A stretch of 64,000 bases of DNA. Origin: Neodothiora populina. Lineage: Eukaryota. The position numbers and the translations under genes are program-made. The stretch is taken from assembly GCF_041146345.1 (NCBI RefSeq), contig NW_027191408.1, forward strand, positions 868,001 through 932,000. Reading direction: 5' to 3'. Below the pieces are notes generated by a model, which made no database searches, was not told where the DNA came from, and saw nothing but the letters and a program-made list of their open reading frames with translations. Below are positions 1 to 10,582 of this stretch, one piece after another; within the stretch, counting starts at the first letter, position 1, and every line of letters begins with the position of its first letter.

Positions 1-703
1 GCAACAATAATACCTTACCAATTTGCGTACATGGTTCTCTGCCTAGTACACCTTGCGACGTGTACACGTGCTCTGAGATTAGCGCGAGAGACAGTGAGTG
101 CCTTGAAGGGGCATCGAATGATACGCTACCGTTACTGATCAGATCGCCTAGCGTTCTGGAACCAATTACAACTTCTACAACTACACTCATTCGCTGCTGG
201 TGCTCATGCTCTGGGTGCTGCCCATCAACCTCCCTGTACTCGTCGTCTGGATACATAATCTTGCTGTCCATTGGCTCACACCCTTCTCATCGCACCACAA
301 CATTCTCTCTATCATGCCATACATACTTGTCGTCGAGACCATGAGCGCGGGACACATGATCCCTCGAATTACAGGACGGTAAGTAACTTCCTTTTCCATA
401 TCTCACCGAGACGTCCTCGGTCCTTTCACAAGTCTCAATGGCTAACGTTTTATCCATTGCGATAGATTACGACTAATTACAAACGTTCTCCTCTTTACTC
501 TTGCCATTTATGCAGCAGTATACGGAGTCACATACGCCTACGTCCTACACCAATTGGTTAACGGATTCTGCGCTTGGCTTGCTGTGATCCACTTCACCAG
601 CTCATCGTCTATCATATCTCCCAGCAGACTATTGGCAGCTGTCAGCGGAAGCGGCAGAACCGTGACATCCACGTGGCAAGGGCATGTCAAGAAACGACCG
701 TGA
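1..703 (+). CDS. BST1: GPI inositol-deacylase (PGAP1/Bst1), 3' part; exons 1-93, 152-378, 466-703
   Basis: Spliced translation ATIIPYQFAYMVLC..NYNFYNYTHSLLVLMLWVLPINLPVLVVWIHNLAVHWLTPFSSHHNILSIMP..YGVTYAY resembles the Bst1 C-terminal TM region. Introns 94-151 (GTGAGT..TAG) and 379-465 (GTAAGT..TAG). Ends in KKRP*, a KKxx ER-retrieval motif. Confidence 0.88.
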
Positions 704-1372
704 CATTTCCGTCCATTGGTATAGACTTTGCTTCTTCCCCGCCCTCTCCACAAACAAGGAAAGGGTCGTTGTGGACATTGGTGTTTCTGTTTGGCTTCTG
801 CTATTCACGCATGCCCTCATGTGGATCATCATCTTGTATAGCTTGCCGTGTGCTGCGTTTGCCTAGCTATTGAATGTCCGTTTCTTTTTTTGCGTTTCCC
901 GCATGCGCTTGCTGTGACCATTACGAGAAAATTAAAGCGAGCTTGCTCTTGTTCAGCGCTGCTTCTTTGGATTTTGCTTGTGTTTCTGCGTTCTCTCTCT
1001 GTTTGCACAATGTGAATCCTGGAAGGCCGCAGAGATGAGAAGAGACGGACACTGATTTGGACAGACAGATACATGGGAATGCGAACTGGCTGACCTTGGG
1101 TAATGAAGGTTCTCCGTCTCAGGGAAGGGCGGGACCATCTGTGGATGAAGGGATCGATGGAACGGACGGACTAATGGATAGCGTCCCCCAAGTGGTTGTA
1201 TATACATAATGACTAATTCTCTTCTTCTTCGTCTCTTGTCCCTGTCTTGCTTTCTGGTCTTGTGTCTTCACTGGAAGATCACATGCCGTGCGAAACACGC
1301 AAGACAAGTACGAAGCTTCGTATCGACTAATTAAAGTGATGCATAGTGACGACAACCGTAGTCTCGGACTGT

Positions 1373-3460
1373 TCAGACACCAACAGGCCCAACAACAATC
1401 CTCTCCCTCTCGCTCCTCAACCTACTCTCCATCCTCTTCCGCTCCTCATTCGCGACCCTCTTCTTCAACGCACTAAATTTTCCAAACCTCCCCTTGGCCC
1501 CATGCATCATCTTCGTCAACATGTCAGCCGCCTGTCCCTTGTTCGTTGTCACCGGTGTCAATTTCTGACGATCGACTCGATGACGATTGAGACTTGCGAT
1601 TTGTTTCTCTGATGCTGGGGATCTGCGCCATGTGGCTCGAGAGTTGATGTAATAGTGAGGGTAGTGCATCGAGGCGTACGTGTCTGCTGCGTGCACGGCG
1701 TCTTGCAATGTCTCTGCGGTTGCGATTTTGCGCGGACGAGCGTAGGGGGCTTTTGACGATGCGATACTACCGGTTTCGGAGGCCGAGAGCTTGACGAGCG
1801 ACGTCACGGTGTATTGAGCGGATTGCTCGTCTTTGGTCAAGCGCAGGTAGTCGCCGTTGTTGCTGGATAAGATGTATTTGTCGTCGTCGACTTGCACCCA
1901 GGAGTTGCGGCTCATGGAGCGGATGAAGCGCTCGCCGGACGTGTCTTCTATCAGGTCGCTTACGGAGTCGTAGTCTGTGAATGTCATGCTGCTTATTTCG
2001 GACGGTGATCGAGACGGGGTTTGGGGGAGGGTGCTCGATGCTTCTTGTTCTCGGACTTGTTCGCGCTCGCGCTTCCCGCGTACACTTTCGATGTCTTGGG
2101 CGGTGGCGTTGTCGAGGAGTTCACTCGGGTCTAGGCCGAATAAGGTGGGTGTTGTTACGATTCCGGTCTCAAGAGACGCGACCATGTCTATCACGTGGCA
2201 ATCTTTCTTTCCTGGGTGCAGTCGCAGTCCTCGTCCGATCATTTGGATTAGTAGATTGCGAGATTTTGTAGGGCGGGCTAGGAGGACGCAGTCGATGTTG
2301 GGTATGTCGGTGCCTTCGGTGAAGATGCCACAGTTGAGCAAGACCGGAAACTCGCCGTTCCGAAATGCATCGAGTCGTTCTGTTCGGATTTGTTTCTTGG
2401 TGTCGCTCGTGATGAAGCGAGCGTCGACACCAAATGAGCGAAACATAGCTGTCAGGCTTGTGACGTGTGCTAAGTCGACGCAGAAAACCAGAGTCGACTT
2501 TCTGTCTTTAGCCTTGGCCAGCCAAGCTTGAACTGTGACGTGATTGATCTGGTCGTTGTTCACAGCGAGGGACAGATCAGCTGTCTGGAAGTCTACCTTT
2601 CTGCCTGCATCTCGGACCCTGCTAAGGTCTGCGCCAGACTGTACCGTAGTGAAGGAAGCCTTCGAAAGCCATTCGTCATGTATCATGTCAAGATAGTCCC
2701 TGAAATCGGATAAGCGTGTGCGGGGAGCCGAGAGGGTTGAAGCATACTTATGATACACAATATGATCAATTGCAGCACCCAGTCTCAAACCATCATGTCT
2801 GGAGAATGTTGCGGATACGCCTACGAGAGCTACACCAGGCTTGTTGTCACTGCGCTGAGTGTTTTCGTCAAGGCCGAAATGCTCGAGAATGTCTAGATAG
2901 CCTCTAGCAACGATATGATGCGCCTCATCTACAAGAACCAGCTTGAAACGACGTGGATCAAACTTTTGCAGACGATCACCAGAGATAACACTCGCGACCG
3001 AAGCAACAGTAATGTCTGCAGCACCAGATGCATGCATCGTGCCCATTTCAATCTCGATGGTCTTGTCCGGATACGCATTGCGACTATGCCTTGCCGCTTG
3101 CTCTACCAGCTCTCGCCGATGAGCAAGAATGAGAGTTTGTGTCGCATCCGCAGTCGGGCATGGTATACGACCGATCAAGTGACTGAAGATGACTGTTTTG
3201 CCACTGCCTGTAGCAAGAGAGATCCCCAGTCTTCTGCGCCCGAGGGCCAGATACTTCAATACCGCCCCGATTGATTCTTCTTGATAAGGCCGAAGCTGTA
3301 ATCTGGGCGGCTCAGGCGATGAAGGTGTAGAGCTAGCGACGGTGGAGGCAAGACGCTGATGAAGCCTCCTGAATACATGGTCACGGGTTTCCTGTATGCC
3401 ATGTCTCGGATATGGACATATTCGACATCTTGTCAAAGTCGAGCCTACCCTCCAAAACAT
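1373..3460 (-). CDS. IRC3: Mitochondrial SF2 DExH helicase Irc3-like; intron 2700-2747
   Basis: Motifs [30 protein letters not shown] and QMIGRGLR. Arg-rich N-terminus resembles a presequence. A 48-nt GTATGC..CAG intron lies inside the ORF. Confidence 0.85.
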   Translation of the reverse strand: MFWRVGSTLTRCRICPYPRHGIQETRDHVFRRLHQRLASTVASSTPSSPEPPRLQLRPYQEESIGAVLKYLALGRRRLGISLATGSGKTVIFSHLIGRIPCPTADATQTLILAHRRELVEQAARHSRNAYPDKTIEIEMGTMHASGAADITVASVASVISGDRLQKFDPRRFKLVLVDEAHHIVARGYLDILEHFGLDENTQRSDNKPGVALVGVSATFSRHDGLRLGAAIDHIVYHKYASTLSAPRTRLSDFRDYLDMIHDEWLSKASFTTVQSGADLSRVRDAGRKVDFQTADLSLAVNNDQINHVTVQAWLAKAKDRKSTLVFCVDLAHVTSLTAMFRSFGVDARFITSDTKKQIRTERLDAFRNGEFPVLLNCGIFTEGTDIPNIDCVLLARPTKSRNLLIQMIGRGLRLHPGKKDCHVIDMVASLETGIVTTPTLFGLDPSELLDNATAQDIESVRGKREREQVREQEASSTLPQTPSRSPSEISSMTFTDYDSVSDLIEDTSGERFIRSMSRNSWVQVDDDKYILSSNNGDYLRLTKDEQSAQYTVTSLVKLSASETGSIASSKAPYARPRKIATAETLQDAVHAADTYASMHYPHYYINSRATWRRSPASEKQIASLNRHRVDRQKLTPVTTNKGQAADMLTKMMHGAKGRFGKFSALKKRVANEERKRMESRLRSERERIVVGPVGV

Positions 3461-3659
3461 TCGATATTGGGTCCAATGTTCAATACGTCTGACACCTTAC
3501 GCGATTGATGTGAGGTTGAGTAGAAGTGCTTATGTAAGCGCCAAGACCGGAGTGGCAAATGCGACCATATCGCATACTGCGAACTGAAGTTTGCTCTGCG
3601 CCCGTAGGATAAACATAAATATGCCATAATTGCTCGGTCACCTGATACATGAGTATGGC

Positions 3660-6299
3660 ATGAGTCAAGAGGGACTACAGAGCGACGAGGCTCACAATGA
3701 TCAGGACGATAGTTCTGCATCTGATTACTCTCAAAACAGCGTGTCGAGTACAATAGCAACGCGCAAGTCTAGTGAGCAAAGTCGCGCAACTTCACATGAA
3801 CGTCCACTTCGAATTCGGCCTAGCACCAGAAGTGGTCGTGACAAGGCAAAACGTCCTTCCAGGAAGCTACTAGAAAATAAAGAGGCCTATCGAGAGCTCT
3901 TTAACAGTACTCTTGAAGAAATCACCGGTCAATCAATTGAATTATCCGATAGAGGGCTTGAGCAGGCGTCACAAATCGGAGCATCAACATGGACCTCCGT
4001 AGAGAAAGCAATTTTCTTTCGACAATTGCCGATAACCGGACGTGACAACATCAAAGTCATATCTGCTGCAATCGGTAGCAAATCTGAGCTAGAGGTTCGT
4101 CGGTATATCCAGCTTCTCAGTGAAGGTGTTGTAGAAGGCAATCTCACTCAAACTCTGGACGTGTGTTTGCCCACAAGCATCCCTGCAGCATACGAAATTG
4201 GTACAGAATTTGAAGCTGCTCTCGAAGCTGCTGCGGATGTTCTTTCCGAAGAACAATGTAGGCTGGAGAGAAGACGGGAAGCACGAAAGTATGGCGACTA
4301 CTGGCTCCTCACAGATCACGTGGCAGATGAATTAGACCACCTTATCGAGGACGTTCCAGCGAATTCAACCATCGAGGAGGAAACCCCAGGTGGTGAAGAT
4401 GGCGATATTCAAGGACTTACTGCCGAGACTAGGCCTATTGATTTGCCTATTCCAGCTGGAGAGCTTTTGAACCTATCAAATTGGCTGGAGATTTCACAAC
4501 TATTCATGTGGCAAGGCGAAGGCAGTACCGAGAACTGGACCGACTTCGTGACTACAGACGACGAAACACCTGCAATCTACAATACTGCAGTTCAGGACTT
4601 CTACAATCTTACCATCAGCTTGACCAGACGTCTTCTTCAAGCGAGCATATTTCAAGCACAGTCTCGAATCAGGGCCCGCGATCGGACTACTCCGAGCACT
4701 ATGGTCTATGCTGCCGATGTACGAACGGCTGCGGCTATGCTGAACCTCACAGCGGACAGATGGCAGTTCTGGGGAAGGGTGCCTCGTAGGCACGGACTCC
4801 GTGTATATGTTCGAGAAGAAAAGTCAAAGCAACGAGAGCGGAGTGAGAGCAGCCCAGCAAAGGAGTATCATTACGGCAATCTCTACAACATCAGTCATGA
4901 TGAATTAGAGGCCAAGCTCGGCATCACGATGAATAGAAACGAGCAAGGCAACAGGACCACCCCGGATGTTATCGAGGATGAGTACGAACATGCGAGTCTC
5001 GCTGATGATTCCGATATGTGGACTGAAGTCTCAAATGGGAGCGAGGATGAGCACATTGCAACTAATGCAGAGGAGGCCGGCTCTGATGATGATACGCCTG
5101 AAGATAGGACTTTTGAACCTTCTGAAGACGAAAATGAAAACGAATCTGATGTGATTCCCAAGACTGTGAAAAAGCTCTCACCCGAAGCTTTAGAAAAGCA
5201 GATGGACGTCGAAGCTGATGCACATGACCGGCAGATGAGCAGGGTGGAAGAACTTCGCTTGTGCGAGCTTCTGAATATCCCGCCGCCAGTCGAAGTCAAG
5301 ACAGAAGAGCTTCCACGTGCAGAATTGATTCCGACAAAGCGGAAATCTCGGCGCGATCTCCAGGACTGGCGACGGGCTGTAGATTATGAAGCCGAATGGG
5401 AAGTGGCAACGTGTCCAGTGAACAACGAGCAATTCTCGATCATGCAGAGAAGGGGCCAGATGAGTCGGGAAAGACGGAGGCTCACGCAGGACGAAGTTTT
5501 ACAAGACAGAAGGTCCCAAAGGCTAGCTATAGGCCACAAACGGCACGACGTAGCTTCAGAGGACCAGGAAGACGATGAAGGGCTTCCCGAGCCGCCACTT
5601 TCACTGAAACCTGCGGAGCAATATGGGGTCATCTGGTCACCAACTGCGACTCACGGGATGAGGTCATTGCAATCCGTCGAGACCGGAGAGACTGACTTTC
5701 GAAGTGTAGCGATGCAGGATGATAGAGAAGCAAGCGACGTTATCCTGGAGCACAGCTGGCCATCACCAGCCATGCCCGGTATGCTCGAAAGCTCTATAAG
5801 TGAGCCACCAATGCCTCTAGCTCGCGCACAATCCGCACGTGCCCCATCAATCCAACCATCACATCAGCTCGTCACAGCTCGGAAAAGGAAGGCAGCTACT
5901 ACAATATCACCATCGGCAGCTCGCCGCCAAGCAGATCCCGCTGGTTCGAGACAGCCATCTATCGCTTCGTCTCGCGGATCTCATGGCACAGCTACTGCCG
6001 ATGACTTCCTTAAGCAGCGGTCTCGATTTAGGAGGTCGTTATCACGCAAAGGCTCACCATCAAATGATAGCGAACTAATGTCTCAACCGGGAATGGTAAC
6101 GAGCGCCATGGACGGGGATGTTGAAATGGAGGATGCAAGCGACACGGACAGCCCTAGCAGCAGCGATGTGGGCCCGAAGCCCAGGACGCCCCGAAAGACG
6201 ATCTCTAAGGCAGGAGACAATAACGCAGATGACGGCTGGGAGGCGGAGATGGAGCGGCGAGCGCGTAGTCGTCAGCAGTCGTCTATTTCTGCGTTGTAA
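3660..6299 (+). CDS. RRN5: RNA polymerase I upstream activating factor subunit Rrn5-like (SANT/Myb-like domain)
   Basis: SQIGASTWTSVEKAIFF..IGSKSELEVRRYIQLL is a SANT-like segment, and 'DFYNLTISLTRRLLQASIFQA' is typical of fungal Rrn5-like proteins. ATG at 3660, no introns seen. Confidence 0.7.
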   Translation: MSQEGLQSDEAHNDQDDSSASDYSQNSVSSTIATRKSSEQSRATSHERPLRIRPSTRSGRDKAKRPSRKLLENKEAYRELFNSTLEEITGQSIELSDRGLEQASQIGASTWTSVEKAIFFRQLPITGRDNIKVISAAIGSKSELEVRRYIQLLSEGVVEGNLTQTLDVCLPTSIPAAYEIGTEFEAALEAAADVLSEEQCRLERRREARKYGDYWLLTDHVADELDHLIEDVPANSTIEEETPGGEDGDIQGLTAETRPIDLPIPAGELLNLSNWLEISQLFMWQGEGSTENWTDFVTTDDETPAIYNTAVQDFYNLTISLTRRLLQASIFQAQSRIRARDRTTPSTMVYAADVRTAAAMLNLTADRWQFWGRVPRRHGLRVYVREEKSKQRERSESSPAKEYHYGNLYNISHDELEAKLGITMNRNEQGNRTTPDVIEDEYEHASLADDSDMWTEVSNGSEDEHIATNAEEAGSDDDTPEDRTFEPSEDENENESDVIPKTVKKLSPEALEKQMDVEADAHDRQMSRVEELRLCELLNIPPPVEVKTEELPRAELIPTKRKSRRDLQDWRRAVDYEAEWEVATCPVNNEQFSIMQRRGQMSRERRRLTQDEVLQDRRSQRLAIGHKRHDVASEDQEDDEGLPEPPLSLKPAEQYGVIWSPTATHGMRSLQSVETGETDFRSVAMQDDREASDVILEHSWPSPAMPGMLESSISEPPMPLARAQSARAPSIQPSHQLVTARKRKAATTISPSAARRQADPAGSRQPSIASSRGSHGTATADDFLKQRSRFRRSLSRKGSPSNDSELMSQPGMVTSAMDGDVEMEDASDTDSPSSSDVGPKPRTPRKTISKAGDNNADDGWEAEMERRARSRQQSSISAL

Positions 6300-6456
6300 G
6301 CATTCAGTCGCTCAGTCCCTTTAGGCGGAGCACATGAACGACTCACAAATCCTGTAACATACAAACAATAAGTACCTCAAAAATCATACCAAACAGGGAA
6401 CTAAGTACTTGACGACTAAATCTCCAGTAACGCTGTTCCGCTCCACCAAAGAATGA

Positions 6457-7050
6457 TCAAGAAGAAAACGCATCAATACCCCCTTGGATAGCATCATGAA
6501 TGCGATCCACAACCTCCGTGCCCCTCGCCACAACCTCCGCATCGCCAGTATCGAATTTCGCTTGAACAGCAGCAGAGAAAGTATCGTGATCATTCAACAG
6601 CAGCTTCAGACTAGCCAGCGTCACAGAGCTCAAACCAGCCTGCTCAAACAGCGCCTTCTTGCTCACGAGCAAATCCACCGAATTCGGAATCGACACACCG
6701 ACAGTATCCACGACTTCATTGACGACGCGCGCCGACTGCTCGGCGTCGAGCTGTGGAGATGCCAGAGCGTGCACGTAGCCGTTCCTGTTGACGAGATGGA
6801 TATCCAGACCCGAGGCCAGGACCTCGACGCCTGATACGAGTGCGGTGCCGATATTGGAGCCTGGGAACGCTTCGATTGCGGACGTCAGGGCCAGTACGCC
6901 GGTGTTGATGTTGTCGACGTCTTGGACTAGGGTTTTTGTCGCGAGGTCGGATGCTATGGTGGCGCGGGTGTGGAGGGAGGGGCCGCGCAGAGCTGGGAGG
7001 GCGCTGCTGGCTGTTGCCAGGAGTGGAAGGAGGATGCTGGAGAAGTGCAT
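6457..7050 (-). CDS. Secreted hydrophobic surface binding protein A (HsbA)/cell-wall mannoprotein-like, 197 aa
   Basis: Signal peptide MHFSSILLPLLATASSA, amphipathic helical body, HsbA-like segment 'LLVSKKALFEQAGL..LLNDHDTFSAAV..IQGGIDAF'. TATA-like run at 7146-7156. Confidence 0.72.
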   Translation of the reverse strand: MHFSSILLPLLATASSALPALRGPSLHTRATIASDLATKTLVQDVDNINTGVLALTSAIEAFPGSNIGTALVSGVEVLASGLDIHLVNRNGYVHALASPQLDAEQSARVVNEVVDTVGVSIPNSVDLLVSKKALFEQAGLSSVTLASLKLLLNDHDTFSAAVQAKFDTGDAEVVARGTEVVDRIHDAIQGGIDAFSS

Positions 7051-8735
7051 GGTTGCTGTTGGTTGATTGGTAGGGAGTGTGGTAGATTGATTGGATGTTC
7101 TTTGTAGACTGTGTCTAGAGCAAGATATCGAAAGACATTTCGCGCTTTATATATATCCCTTGTCAAAACCCACCTGAGTCAACGAAAGGAGAAGAGAGTT
7201 TCTGGACCCACTATTCCAAGGCCCATGGAGCAAAGATAATCCCCTCTTCTTTCGATTGAATGGTCCAACCCCCACGGACACTATTGCAATCCAAAAACCA
7301 CCAACCTGCCCATTAGCTGTACAACCATGTCGATCTCACGCCTACTGATCTCCGGTAACGACATGATATCCACTACTAGACAGTGGAAACTCGGAACGAG
7401 AAGCATGACCTTCATGTTCTGGATCCGCTGACAGCTAAGATACCGAGGCAGACACAACGCACCCTCTGACTAGACAACGACGTCTCGTGCCTCTATTATG
7501 GGAGCAACATATACGCTACTTCAGGTACAGGGTCACAGTCAAGGTCCCCAATACCCGTAATTCTCCTTGCTAAAACGTGGAGCATTTGCCCGACCCGGAA
7601 GTATGATCCAGAATGACAAGCAGTCACCGTACTGCAGGGCGGGGAAAACAATGGAGTTTACAAGGGCAGCCTCGGCACCTGGGGGTGATCGTCCTATAAT
7701 GCTACAACCTTGGCGCTGCTTTTGGTATTTTGTGAGGAAGGTTTTGAAAACACTTCCTAGTTGACAGGGTGGCGAGGAACGTCTAATGCAGCACAGGAAG
7801 TATGTTTCTTCCTGCAAAAGATGCTAGAAGAGACGACCGACGACCCTATGATCGTCCACGCGGTTTTGACGAGGCCTCGGCACTTTAGGGGAGACGATCG
7901 TTTACTGTAGCAACCTCACTATATCTGATGACATACAGTACAGGGCAGTAAGACATCATCCTTACTCATCTCTCTCACATGGTGATCAGCTTGTCAAAGA
8001 AGTGGATCAAGGGATGGAAGCCGGGACAACAACGAATCAGGGTACAAGTATTTGATGGCATCGAACAAGTCAACGGTGAATGATCGCGTAAACATGCCTT
8101 ACCATGAGAGCTTGATAAACACTATCATAGTTCCGTTTGTCTACGTGCGAATGCAAGTACACTGACGCAACCACCGCACAGAGAAGCTATACTCGTACAT
8201 ACAGGATGCTTTTCTAGAAGTGCGGGTTGCCCTAATATGCTAAGGTACGTGCGGTATGGAAGTCGCAAAAATTGTCTTGATATGTGCTATCATCAATGAC
8301 TCTGATGTCATTGCTGTCTTGCTTCGTCGAAGAGGAGGTAGAGATGGAATGACCAGATACAACATCCAGTCGATCTGACATGGTACCACCCTGGTTGGCT
8401 CATTGTTTCTATGCCAGTAGTGACTCGAGGATTGGTGAGATGATCGCCTCGAGACTTGTTTTCATGCATCATAACCGAGAGTGATCAAGGCTCATCAGAG
8501 GAGCAAGAATCCTTTGCTCTCTTGAGACACTTTATAGTCATTTGTTCCCGACCCAACGCCTCGCTAAGATAGCAGTAATTTGCACTCTGGAAACATGAAG
8601 GATCCCGATCCTGGTAGGCTTCCTCCTTTCTACGCCCTCGTCCTCCTCAATTCCTGCCACGGTAGCATGGTCTCGGCCTTCTTTCCTTTCAGACCGTGCG
8701 TTCTTGGTCGCTGGTCCCGAATCGACGATGCCGTC

Positions 8736-9662
8736 TCATCGCAACCACTTCAGCACGAAGTAAACGAATATGACAAAAACCACGACTCCGGCCCAGAAAA
8801 TCCACTTGTCCTGTTTGGCTCTTCTCTCGACCATGCGGATAGTATCTCCAGATATGCCCAGAGTATTAGCAACCGAGTACAACTTCCTCTGTGTTCCCTT
8901 GAGCATATCTCGCTGATCGCCCAGATCACCCAGCACGGCTCTTCCACGCTCCAGGTACTCGTCCAGCGTGGCGTTTGTGCTTGAGAAGAAAGACTGCTCC
9001 CTTAGAGCATGCGACTCTCGTGCGCTGTCGGCGTTGTCTGTACTCAGAGCATAGGGCGAGCGATACGAAGAATAAGGATTCGAGCCAGGAGCAGAGGCCA
9101 CTCCTGACCCGCCTCGAAACAGAGGATTGTTCTCTCTCGATCCGCTGGCGACAGCGGCGTCGGCGTAAGGATTCTCGGGCGTGTGTGCTGCATGTGGGCG
9201 TCGTCCAAGTAGTTCGGAGCGATTGTCCAGTGCTTGTTGGGCTTCCTTTTCGGCTTTTAGTCGAGCCAGGGTTTCGCGGTAGGACAGCAGGTCGGTGCGA
9301 AAAGAGGAGAGCCGGTCTTGCGCCTTTTGCGCCTTTTCAGGCACGAGCTCTGCGGACGCGGAAGCGGCGTATTGGTCTAGTGTTCGGGATAAGGCGGTGA
9401 TTGATGTTGTGAGTTGACCTGGTCAGGGAGAGATGTTGTCTCAGTAGCTGGACTACAGTGACTCGTCTACAGTGAATCGAGCAGGTTGTGCGCACCTTGT
9501 AGAGCAGCATCTGACGTTTGCGATTCGGAGAAGGCATCGAGATCCTTGCGAATGGCATTCGATTGTCGTAGCGCGGAGTTGAATATTGAGGATGCCTTTA
9601 CATTTACACGTTAGTGTTCAGACCTCGTGAGAATATACAAGTTCGTCAAGAGCGCATACCAT
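8736..9662 (-). CDS. BOS1: ER-Golgi Qb-SNARE Bos1/membrin; exons 9660-9662, 9496-9595, 8736-9418
   Basis: Spliced M-ASSIFNSALRQSNAIRKDLD..HALREQSFF..LKGTQRKLYSVANTLGISGDTIRMVERRAKQDKWIF plus a C-terminal TM anchor. The first coding exon is the ATG only. Confidence 0.93.
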
Positions 9663-10230
9663 TTTGGCGGTTATTATACAAGCAACAAATGCAGGGACAG
9701 CTGTGTGCGTGGAACGGAACAGCAGATTACTTGGAATGTTATCGTAGAAAGACAAGTTTATTGTCGCAAGCTGTCAACAGTGTTAGGCAAGATGTTTACA
9801 AGATACAAGGACCAGCCCGAATCCGCGAGTCACTGACGTACAAGTACAACTAGATGAAGCCAGTCGGACCGATTCTAGTCGATCCGCCTGTTATACAAGT
9901 ATAGGGTAAACCAAGGGCAGAAGCTGACGAGAATACTCCATGTGCTACCTCAGGGTCTAGACCCTTCGCATTGACACTGACTATTGTAGCTGCAAGTCAG
10001 CTAGAAATCGATACGGCCAGTGTTGTGTGGGAAGTTAATAACACCAGCAAGGATACGGCCAATACACGAGGCCCAGAACTAGACCATCTCGTTCCAAAAC
10101 AGCCATCATCATCCACTTGGTGAGTACGCTGCAGGAGACTTGCCCCTAACCCCCTTGACGACAGGAGATCTATAATATTTATAATATACAGTACAACAAG
10201 TCATCCGTACTCGAGATGGAAGCAGGAACC

Positions 10231-10236
10231 AAAAAA
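10231..10236 (-). terminator. Pol III T6 terminator of tRNA-Tyr
   Basis: TTTTTT on the minus strand, 4 nt after the discriminator base. Confidence 0.8.
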
Positions 10237-10240
10237 CATC

Positions 10241-10353
10241 TCTTCCCTCCCGGAATCGAACCAGGGACCTTCCGATGGCATACGAATCTCTGGTGAACCA
10301 AGAGACGACTTTCAATTACAGTCGGACGCGATAACCAACTACACCAAGGGAAG
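10241..10353 (-). tRNA. tRNA-Tyr(GUA) with 39-nt intron (10277-10315)
   Basis: Acceptor CTTCCCT/AGGGAAG with C1:G72 and A73, A box TGGTGTAGTTGG, anticodon stem TCCGA/TCGGA around CT-GTA-A, T arm CCTGG-TTCGATT-CCGGG, intron at canonical 37/38. Confidence 0.95.
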
Positions 10354-10582
10354 TAGATGCCGATTCCACCCGCGTTATCGTATATATCGTTTTCTCGATG
10401 ATTTATCGCTCATGCGAGATCATAGACTACTAGACAACATACCTTAGACATACAAACCTTCCGTACATTGGTATTTGGGTGCATGGTAATTGCATTCTCT
10501 GCATGTGGGAATCTGACTCTTTCTATAGTAGGTATCGTAACGCATGCTGACCGTCGTTGCATCGTCAACTCCACGACTTTTC

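Noticed and set aside
7051..8537. 1.5-kb gene-free gap examined for a transposon remnant or hidden gene
   Set aside because: No terminal repeats, transposase or RT motifs, AT-rich decay or credible spliced ORF. Most likely HsbA upstream DNA and BOS1 3' flank.
8538..8735. 65 stop-free codons in frame after the BOS1 TGA, suggesting readthrough
   Set aside because: The context TGA-GAC is not the leaky TGA-CTA type, the end carries no targeting signal, and about one such run is expected by chance among about 24 genes.
9997..10112. Possible C/D snoRNA on the minus strand (ATGATGA..CTGA with a 4-bp terminal stem; GATACGGCCA repeated twice)
   Set aside because: No convincing rRNA-complementary guide or C'/D' boxes by eye. 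It would need snoscan or cmscan support.
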